NCBI GenBank assembly: GCA_023261845.1
Contig: JALNJZ010000010.1
Location: forward strand, 1-18,486
Direction: 5' to 3'
Source: Candidatus Terraquivivens tengchongensis
Lineage (GTDB): Archaea; Thermoproteota; Nitrososphaeria_A; Caldarchaeales; Wolframiiraptoraceae
Length of the DNA: 18,486 nucleotides
Shown here: positions 1 to 6,889 of the stretch, piece after piece
Position numbering within the stretch: position 1 is the first letter of the stretch
Layout: every line of letters starts with the position of its first letter
Position numbers and translations under genes: made by a program
The notes under the pieces: generated by a model
What the model was told of the DNA's origin: nothing
Database searches by the model: none
The model's input: only the letters and a program-made list of their open reading frames with translations

Positions 1-1372
1 GACTAATTAATGCGCCAATATCAAAGATTAATAAGGTGTTAGGCTATAAGGAAGATTTTCGTCCTTCCCATAATGTAGCATTTATCCATGTTAATAAAGA
101 GAGAATAATCTCTGCGGAATCAAAATATGGTTTACCATTTATTGAGATTCTAAAAAAGGAATTGGACATATCAGAAGAAATCCCGCCAGAAGCAGGTCCA
201 CAAATGATTAAAGAAATTTTAGACAAGATTTGTAAGCAAGAACCAGAATTTTCCGACATCTTAAAAATTTCATTAGCTTGCCTAATTGCAGGTAAAAATA
301 TTGTTTTTTATGGCCCTCCTGGAACAAGTAAAACATATTTAGCAAAAAGAATTTGCGAGGCAATTTGTGGTGAACAAGGCTTTAGACTTGAAACTGCTAA
401 TGCTGAGTGGACTAATTTTGATATAATTGGAGGACCGGTTTCTGTACAAGAAAAAATGTTTCTAAAAAAAGGATAGTACTTGAAGCTATAGAAAGATGTG
501 AAAAGAGAATAAATAATGAGGATAGACCTTACTGGCTAATAATAGATGAACTGAATAGAGCGAACCTAGATTTAGCATTTGGTACAATCTTCACTCAACT
601 CGATATTGATCATAGAGATCAGCCTATTAAGCTTCCTTGGAATTTGCCTGATATTGAGGGGGAGATCACGTATAGTATGCCTCTCTCCTTTAGAATATTG
701 GCAACAATGAATACATATGATCGAGCTCTTCTTTTTTCTCTTGGATACGCTTTTATGCGCAGATTTGCCTTTATTCCAGTCAGGTCTCTCTTAAAAGAAG
801 AAAGTAAAGAGAAGGGAGAATTAATTCTGTCTGATGAAATAAATGAGATGATGAAAAAAGAAAGGATCAATAAACTCAAAGAGATAATATTTTCAGCCGT
901 TTACAAGCATTTTTCCAATAAAAAAGGTAAAGATAGGGCTTGTATCTTTGACTTTGAGATAGAGGACGAGGACAAGCTGAGCCAGATATTTAACAAAGAT
1001 CTTAAAATAGATAATATAGGATTACTGGATATACTTCTCTTCATCGCAAGTAAAATAACCAGTGCAGGTTTAATTGAGATCGGTCACGCAATTATTTTTG
1101 ACACTGCAAAATTTCTGGCAGCTTTCTATCTTCTTTCACAATTATTGCAGGAAAAAATTGATGCGCGTCTTCTTCTTGAGGAAACTATTTGCAGTTTCTT
1201 ATTACCTCAATTGGAATATTTTATGCCTAAGTTAAGAAAGGGGAAGGTTTTTGGAGAGGAAAAGTATGAGAAAGCTTGGAGAGAGGTCCTTGACATCTTT
1301 AGGAAATTAAATCTAAAATCAACACTAAAAAGATTGGAAGAAATAGAGGAAGAATTCAAAGTGATGGGCTAA
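1..1372 (+). pseudogene. mcrB: McrB-family AAA+ GTPase, 5'-truncated by the window edge and split by a -1 frameshift near 464-476
   Basis: The frame is open from base 3 and contains Walker A-like GPPGTSKT, stopping at 474-476. The -1 frame continues from 473 (IVLEAIERC...) through Walker B WLIIDELNRANLDLAFG, the McrB NxxD motif (TMNTYD) and the RRF arginine finger, joining ORF 644..1372. Confidence 0.88.
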
Positions 1373-1374
1373 AG

Positions 1375-2784
1375 ATGGTTGAGTACAGAGAGCTATATAC
1401 TTGGAATGATTACCATAGAAATTGTGAGGAACTTAAAGGTATGAATTGGAATGAATTATCAAGATGTGTTCGCTTTATTCACGAATTTGAGAAAATAATT
1501 CCTATCGAATATAGGGAGAAGATAGAAGAGGAATTGCCAACTGTAACTGACAATACTTTTAATCCAGGAGGATGGGTTGGTACTTATCCAGTTGGAGATA
1601 TCTGTTTACGCGTTGTCCCTAAACCTGAACTGTTATCAAAAGAACAATTTAAAGAGATCATGAATGAACTTATAGGATGGTTAGAATATGTTGGTCCTTT
1701 TCTTGAAAACTTTCTAAAATTTTGTTCTTACGAGCCAATCTTCAATCTTTTGCTTTGCGAAGCTTACAGTAGATACTTAGTAGAGTACACCGAGATAGCT
1801 CTTTCCCATTTTATTCCACGAGAGATGTCTTTTCGAGAATACATTAGCTATGAACTTAGAGGTAAACCATTATGGAATAAAATAGTTTTTCTGAGAGCCA
1901 GAGATCCGAATATCTTAACTTATAATAAAATTGAATTTATCCTTGAAACGCTTCTAAATCTTTTACTTGTCAGATTTCATGCAGATCTACTTAAAGAAAT
2001 GAAACGTTTAGTTGAGACGCTAGCTTATAGAGAAGAAAGTGTTCCTGAAGCACTACAGGGATGGAGAAATTATGTGCTTTATCATGAAGATTTTATAAGC
2101 AGTCCTTTATGGAGCGCTTTGCTTGGGAAGAGTATGGAAATTGACTTTGAATCTTTCGAGATTTTAGAGAGAACTAGGCGGATGGCAAAAGATATGTGGA
2201 GCGAAGTAGTCGATCTCTGGGAGTCGTATAGAGCCAAAAAAGCTTTATTCTCAGGTTTTGGAAATAGGTTTGATAATGCTATAAAGCCGTTAAGTAAAGT
2301 GTATGAGCTTTGGTGCTTCAAAAAACTATGTGATCTCTTCGGAATCGACCGGAGAAGCATAAGGGAATTTCCATTTAAAGGAGAATTTAAGTTTGCTGAC
2401 AAAATGTTAAGGCTCTATTATAATACTAAGGAAGGATTATCAAAATATAGCGGAATAATGAGAAAAATTCCCGGTGTTTCACCCGGTATTCCTGATTTTG
2501 TATTAGAAGATACGGAAGAGAAAAAGATAGTTTGCATAATGGACGCAAAATGTAAAAGCGAACTAAAAACGGAGGATATAAATCGCTTCCTTGCCTATAT
2601 GCTCGATTATATATACCCTTGTAATGATAAAATGACTGGATTAATATTTTATATTTCTAGAGAAGAAAAAATTATGTCAGTAGAAGTAAAAAATGTGAGA
2701 ATTTACCTTATTCCGCTAATCCCTCCCTTCTATCCACAAATGATTAGTGAGATTAAATTTATAATTGAAAAATCCCTTTCTTGA
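1375..2784 (+). CDS. McrC-like / DUF2357-type PD-(D/E)xK restriction nuclease subunit
   Basis: Starts 2 nt after the mcrB stop. N-terminal WVG...LRVVPK and C-terminal SKVYELWCF, PDFVLE and IMDAKCK match the McrC/LlaJI-type layout. Confidence 0.8.
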   Translation: MVEYRELYTWNDYHRNCEELKGMNWNELSRCVRFIHEFEKIIPIEYREKIEEELPTVTDNTFNPGGWVGTYPVGDICLRVVPKPELLSKEQFKEIMNELIGWLEYVGPFLENFLKFCSYEPIFNLLLCEAYSRYLVEYTEIALSHFIPREMSFREYISYELRGKPLWNKIVFLRARDPNILTYNKIEFILETLLNLLLVRFHADLLKEMKRLVETLAYREESVPEALQGWRNYVLYHEDFISSPLWSALLGKSMEIDFESFEILERTRRMAKDMWSEVVDLWESYRAKKALFSGFGNRFDNAIKPLSKVYELWCFKKLCDLFGIDRRSIREFPFKGEFKFADKMLRLYYNTKEGLSKYSGIMRKIPGVSPGIPDFVLEDTEEKKIVCIMDAKCKSELKTEDINRFLAYMLDYIYPCNDKMTGLIFYISREEKIMSVEVKNVRIYLIPLIPPFYPQMISEIKFIIEKSLS

Positions 2785-2808
2785 CCATATAAATCCTTGA
2801 AAATTTAA

Positions 2809-3666
2809 CTACCCTCTTCTTTCCCAGAATAGGATATTTCCCCTAAACTTTATTCCCCTTGTTTTGTCACAGAAGGTTTTTACTGGGCATTGACCATATT
2901 TTCTGCCCGTACATAATTTCGAGCCAATATTCCACATCGGCTCATCAAGTTTCCATGGTGAAGCACCAAACTTTTTAGCTGCTGTACGCCACACCTCCTG
3001 TATTATACTTTTTAGAGGGTCGTCATTACAGCATCCTTGGAACTTTTCACCGAGAAATCTTAATACTCCTGTATAAATTGTAAAACGAGCTACTTGTTTA
3101 TCTACTGGGATGTCAAGATCATTTAAATTTGAAACTTTAAATAATCCAGTTTCGCCCATAGCTCGGATATAAAAATTAGCCAGTTTAGAACCTCTAAGAT
3201 ATGGAAAATCATTCAGTTTATCTTTAATCTCTTCTACTGTTAGTGGCTGTACTGTAATGTTTCGTGGGTCTCCGTCATACTTCTCAATTAGAATTTTTGA
3301 TATTTTCTTCCATGTTTTAGCAGCGGATTTAGGGTATCTAGCACCAAGCCTGCGAAGAAAAACACTTAAGGATCTTTCACTAACAGCTAAAATCTTTCTA
3401 GGAGTAAATCTTTCGGGATAAAGCTCGTAAGCTCCTCTTGCCTTTCGCCATAGCTTTTCAGCACCCGTCATATAATCAATTGAAATAACATAAGTTAGGT
3501 AAAGAGCATGCTCACGACTACCTGCAATAAGATTACGCGGAAGATTATACTCTGGCATGGAGACAAGTGGATGACCTTGTTTGTGAAGATCGAGTAAGAT
3601 CTCAGCTATTTTCTCAGCCTTTTCCTCATTAATCTCAAATTCGCCAATAATCTTTCTCATATCCAC
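2809..3666 (-). CDS. HhH-GPD superfamily DNA glycosylase / endonuclease III-like protein
   Basis: HhH-like FPYLRGSKLAN with the Lys, catalytic Asp in DIPVDKQVAR, LDEPMWNIG, and a degenerate C-terminal Fe-S motif CTGRKYGQCPVKTFC. Confidence 0.8.
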   Translation of the reverse strand: MDMRKIIGEFEINEEKAEKIAEILLDLHKQGHPLVSMPEYNLPRNLIAGSREHALYLTYVISIDYMTGAEKLWRKARGAYELYPERFTPRKILAVSERSLSVFLRRLGARYPKSAAKTWKKISKILIEKYDGDPRNITVQPLTVEEIKDKLNDFPYLRGSKLANFYIRAMGETGLFKVSNLNDLDIPVDKQVARFTIYTGVLRFLGEKFQGCCNDDPLKSIIQEVWRTAAKKFGASPWKLDEPMWNIGSKLCTGRKYGQCPVKTFCDKTRGIKFRGNILFWERRG

Positions 3667-3669
3667 TCT

Positions 3670-3903
3670 CTATTTAATTTCTCGTTTGAATCCTACATTC
3701 ACAATCATTTCCCATTCTTTAGCTTTACTTTTTGAGTGGGACATTATCTGTATTCTAGTAGGCGCAGCATGCCTACTAGGCGTCCGCGTAGTTCTCTCGA
3801 TAAAGTATTTTAAAATCCTTAACGGAATAATTTCCATCACTAGTTCTTGCCCCTTAATATATTCCTCTATATGATCCCATCCTCTTTGTTCGCATAAGGA
3901 CAT
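3670..3903 (-). CDS. Hypothetical protein, possibly the 3' part of a frameshifted gene starting at 3952
   Basis: Ends 3 nt before the glycosylase start on the same strand. Removing one base from the T5 run at 3918-3922 joins it to an upstream ATG at 3952 (MEELSVVKIAK-ILHNDMSL...). Confidence 0.45.
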   Translation of the reverse strand: MSLCEQRGWDHIEEYIKGQELVMEIIPLRILKYFIERTTRTPSRHAAPTRIQIMSHSKSKAKEWEMIVNVGFKREIK

Positions 3904-4132
3904 ATCGTTATGAAGTATTTTTCGCTATCTTAACAACAGATAATTCTTCCATGGTTAATCTTTTAACGATTATGTCTATTAATTTTTTAGAAAACGCTCT
4001 TGTTATATGTTAGCAAGGAGGTTTTCCGTTTTTAGTTATTTTCAGAAGAGGGGTTTAAGAAATTAGGCTTTTCCTTTAGATCTTTTATTGAATGTAATGG
4101 ATGTAACATAGTTTAAGAATATAGAACTACGG

Positions 4133-4348
4133 CTATTTGTGAAATGTGATAAATTTAACGCTGACTGTTAATTTTTGTTCTTTGATTTTCTTTATGATTT
4201 CTATGTATTTCATGATTTCGTCTAGGTTTAGCTTTTTAATGCGATGTAAAGTAACGTAGAGGAAGCGTTGCTCCTTATCGCTATAGGGTTTTAGGTATGC
4301 TTCGAGAACCTTTCTTTCCCTGTCAGTTGGTAGCCTAGTTCTAACCAT
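4133..4348 (-). CDS. Small basic hypothetical protein (possible DNA-binding protein of the element)
   Basis: 71 aa, Lys/Arg-rich. Preceded by a purine-rich GGGGAG RBS-like sequence, starting 12 nt after the recombinase stop. Confidence 0.6.
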   Translation of the reverse strand: MVRTRLPTDRERKVLEAYLKPYSDKEQRFLYVTLHRIKKLNLDEIMKYIEIIKKIKEQKLTVSVKFITFHK

Positions 4349-4360
4349 GATTTTTCTCCC

Positions 4361-4749
4361 CTAGATTATTTTATGTTCCTTGAATGCTTCGAGAACATCG
4401 TATAGCGCTACTGTATCGTAGATTTCAGTTGTCTTTATTGAGGCGTGACCTAATATGGTCTGTATTATTCTTAATGGTACTCCTTTACGTCTTAGTAGGG
4501 TTGCGCCTCAACATATGTGGATGAACTCTTTCAGGGTTGGGGGATACCGGCTTTCTTAGCATGCTTCTTGATTAGATTTCTAACCTGCCTATCCGTAATA
4601 TTGAATAGGGGATCTTCAGGCTTCAAACCATTCTCCCTAATATAGCGCTTAAGGTTAGATTCAAACCGACTGAAAACCCTAAGCCACTTAGAAAGAAGAG
4701 GAATCGTGGATAAATATTTTCGGCAAATATGAGGATGACCCTGAACCAT
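4361..4749 (-). pseudogene. Xer-like tyrosine recombinase, C-terminal remnant with two frameshifting lesions
   Basis: Three frames concatenate to PLFNITDRQVRNLIKKHAKKAGIP / NPERVHPHMLR / ATLLRRKGVPLRIIQTILGHASIKTTEIY...* (HxLR, LGH and catalytic Tyr). There is an extra base in the G5 run at 4539-4543 and an apparent ~8 nt loss at 4504/4505. No N-terminal catalytic Arg region is visible. Confidence 0.88.
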
Positions 4750-4871
4750 TCATCAAAGCGCTATGGAAATATGCAGAAAAGCTAAAGGAGATAGAAAAAG
4801 AAGAAAAAAGGATTGAAGAAAAAATTAAAGAGGGGAAGGTTAAACGCATCTCCGCTTCCTCAAAAGATTAG
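4692..4871 (+). pseudogene. Start-less 3' fragment of an unknown charged helical protein
   Basis: Open frame KEEESWINIFGKYEDDPEPFIKALWKYAEKLKEIEKEEKRIEEKIKEGKVKRISASSKD* with no in-frame start codon. Its stop abuts the RBS of the next gene. Confidence 0.45.
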
Positions 4872-4884
4872 GGGTGGTGATAAA

Positions 4885-5193
4885 TTGGAAACCTTTGTAT
4901 GCAAAGGTAAACGGATGAAACGTAAGAATGTGGTTATTACGCTTGATCCCGAAATTGTGGAGAAGGCGAAGAAATTAGGCTTAAACATTTCTAAGGTTTG
5001 TGAAAATGCTCTAGTTCAGGCAGTAAACTCCTTAGAAACCGTATTTAGCGAAAAGGGAGGTAACCTAGGAACCATAGGTTCCCGGTTGGAGCCCCGGGCG
5101 GGATTCGAACCCGCGACCACCGGCTTACAAGGCCGGCGCTATACCGGGCTTAGCTACCGGGGCCCCTTCTACGGTTTTATGGACGCCAAATAA
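4885..5193 (+). CDS. CcdA-like ribbon-helix-helix ORF, probably the Int(N) fragment of a split (SSV1/pTN3-type) integrase
   Basis: RBS-like GGTGGTGA at 4873-4880 precedes TTG 4885 (alternative ATG 4915). KNVVITLDPEIVEKAKKLGLNISKVCENAL is an RHH/CcdA pattern. The frame runs without a stop antisense through tRNA-Thr (EPRAGFEPATTG). Confidence 0.7.
   Translation: METFVCKGKRMKRKNVVITLDPEIVEKAKKLGLNISKVCENALVQAVNSLETVFSEKGGNLGTIGSRLEPRAGFEPATTGLQGRRYTGLSYRGPFYGFMDAK
5087..5163 (-). tRNA. tRNA-Thr(UGU), intronless, CCA encoded
   Basis: The reverse complement folds as a cloverleaf: acceptor GCCCCGG/CCGGGGC, anticodon arm CCGGC-CTTGTAA-GCCGG, T arm GCGGG-TTCGAAT-CCCGC, discriminator T, then CCA. 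Confidence 0.97.
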
Positions 5194-5198
5194 TAATT

Positions 5199-5648
5199 TT
5201 ACTCTATCTCCTTGTACATTACAATCGCATCTTCGTCGTGATAATAGCGGTTTATCCTTCCCTTCTCGACGAAGCCCATGCTCAAATAAAACTTCCTGGC
5301 GACGGTATTTGACTCCCTGACCTCAAGCCAAACCTCATTCACTCCAGACCCTTTTACATAAGATATTGCAGCCTCCATCAATGCCCTTCCTATTCCCATA
5401 CGCCTGAAGCCTTGCTCCACCGCCAGGTTTAGAATGTGGCCAACCTTCTTTCCGTCACGCTCTTCGACGTCAAACACGACGTAGCCCACAAGTTTTTCGT
5501 TAACCAAGGCTACTTTAATGCTCCCGGGGTTTTTCGTGTGAAGATACGTAAACACGTAACAGGGCCATGGGTCCTTGAAGGATTCTTTCTCGATCCTGCA
5601 GACGTCCTCTATATCGGACGGTCTGAATGCTCTTATAACTATCTTCAT
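5199..5648 (-). CDS. rimI: RimI/Ard1-family GNAT N-acetyltransferase
   Basis: IEKESFKDPW, GHILNLAV, acetyl-CoA motif FRRMGIGRALM, LEVRESN, and YY...EDAIVM. Confidence 0.9.
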   Translation of the reverse strand: MKIVIRAFRPSDIEDVCRIEKESFKDPWPCYVFTYLHTKNPGSIKVALVNEKLVGYVVFDVEERDGKKVGHILNLAVEQGFRRMGIGRALMEAAISYVKGSGVNEVWLEVRESNTVARKFYLSMGFVEKGRINRYYHDEDAIVMYKEIE

Positions 5649-5735
5649 GCTACATCATCCAATATTTTCAAGCTGATTGGTTAAACGTTTTTCCACACAC
5701 GGGACATCTGGACCATCGAACCATGGTACACCGCC

Positions 5736-5783
5736 AATTAGTTCAGCACACCGGAAATTTTTTCCTCACATGCTGAACTAATT
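5736..5783. repeat. Perfect 13-bp inverted repeat with a 22-nt spacer
   Basis: AATTAGTTCAGCA (5736-5748) and TGCTGAACTAATT (5771-5783). The spacer holds an inner GGAAA/TTTCC pair. Confidence 0.85.
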
Positions 5784-5949
5784 CTCACAACGTAGCGGAG
5801 GCATATTTCCATTTGTTATTTTAATAAAGTTTACGACAAAAAGTCTTGGAGGATAAAACACTGGACGTCTGGGATGCTTTTTCTCGTAAAATGAAGAAGT
5901 ATGGGCGAGCCATTTTTACCTGTGATAATGAGCTGAGTCTACCTCGGTC

Positions 5950-5986
5950 TGTAATACTTATTAAATTATAGCAGTGATGTATTACA
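5950..5986 (+). promoter_or_regulatory. Putative vapB promoter with an operator inverted repeat
   Basis: TGTAATAC (5950-5957) and GTATTACA (5979-5986) flank a TATA-like TTATTAAA about 30 nt upstream of GTG 5993. Confidence 0.55.
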
Positions 5987-5992
5987 CTATAC

Positions 5993-6157
5993 GTGAATAT
6001 CGCGAGCTTTCGCGTTGATAAAAAGCTTAAGGCTAGGATGGGTAGGCTTCGACACATAAACTGGAGCGAGTTGTTAAGAAGATACGTCGAACCTGTCGTG
6101 GAGCAAGAGGAGAATAAGTTGAGACCCGCTGGAGGAGGAAAAGATTCTCGTACTTGA
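5993..6157 (+). CDS. VapB-like RHH antitoxin (54 aa, probably truncated; absent from the ORF track)
   Basis: Manual translation gives VNIASFRVDKKLKARMGRLRHINWSELLRRYVEPVVEQEE..., the archaeal RHH antitoxin pattern (SxRV...INWSExxR). It overlaps a PIN fragment. Confidence 0.7.
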   Translation: MNIASFRVDKKLKARMGRLRHINWSELLRRYVEPVVEQEENKLRPAGGGKDSRT

Positions 6158-6239
6158 TGTAAGCGTAGCGGTGAAATGGTTCAATATGATTAAGACCCAT
6201 TTAACAAACGTAAAGCATCTCTCTGAAGCAAGCCCATAA
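6129..6239 (+). pseudogene. VapC/PIN toxin N-terminal remnant
   Basis: LEEEKILVLDVSVAVKWFN matches the PIN N-terminal vlDaSvavKwf motif, but the frame stops after 36 codons. Confidence 0.65.
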
Positions 6240-6393
6240 CTTTCTAATTATGAGCTCAGAACTTCTTTCACATAATTTTCCCGCAAGACTATGTTTGACT
6301 CGGAGAAAAATCGTGCTTTGTCAGCGCATATAAGGATGAATAGAACGTGCTAAAAGATCAAAGTGTAAAATGTTAACGTCCCTAGGTGTTTCG

Positions 6394-6690
6394 GGGGCGT
6401 GTGGCCCATAGTCCTCCTTCTGTTTTAGGCGGGATTTGTCTAATCGGTGCCTGAGGTCTCGCCGGGGCAGGCTCAAAGACCTCTTGCCTTTCCCGCGCGG
6501 GCCGCCCGTTCCACCCAATCCCGACGCCTCGTCAGCGGCTTCCTACCGCATCAAACTCATCTGGCATCGGGAGGTCTCGTTTCTGGTGCGTTGCCAGGGG
6601 TCTCCCCCTACGCCTCGCGGCGTCGCGCGCCCCTACTTGGGGGAGGAACTTCCTCGGGAGTTCCCCGAGACCCGCCCAGCCACTCGCCCC
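6394..6690 (-). ncRNA. rnpB: Archaeal RNase P RNA
   Basis: The minus strand has CR-I GAGGAAGTTCCTCCC and CR-V AAACAGAAGGAGGACTAT (P4 pairing TCCTCC/GGAGGA). The terminal P1 helix is GGGGCGAGTGGC/GCCACACGCCCC. Length is about 297 nt, GC-rich, with a TATA-like element at 6713-6720. Confidence 0.93.
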
Positions 6691-6889
6691 ATAATAAGAA
6701 GCGCACACCTCCCTTATCAATCTTCTACAGAAAGTTGCTCCTTTACGAGTTGCTGCCCACGAACGAGCTGCTTGTTTGGTACGGCTACGTAAGAAGTTCG
6801 ATGAGGAACGACAAGACAAAGGACGGCATGCTTACACAACGATAAAACTCCAGCAATTTTTAATAGGAATCTGCCTTACGTTGATTCGA

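Larger units (their letters stand above)
1..5163. mobile_element. Right end of a tRNA-Thr-integrated element or defence island (left border outside the window)
   Basis: Visibly more AT-rich than the genes right of 5200. Carries restriction and recombinase cargo. Ends at the 3' end of tRNA-Thr, with an integrase-N-like ORF reading into the tRNA. No duplicated tRNA 3' half was seen inside the window. Confidence 0.8.

Noticed and set aside
4297-4396. 13-nt direct repeat ATGCTTCGAGAAC (4297-4309 and 4384-4396)
   Set aside because: Only two copies, both encoding VLEA in adjacent genes. No array or att-like context.
4813-4884. ORF-track N-terminal extension of the RHH ORF
   Set aside because: It overlaps the upstream gene fragment, and the RBS-like sequence points to 4885 or 4915.
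6321-6845. Four overlapping Arg/Pro-rich ORFs
   Set aside because: They overlap the RNase P RNA gene and have compositions typical of translated GC-rich RNA.
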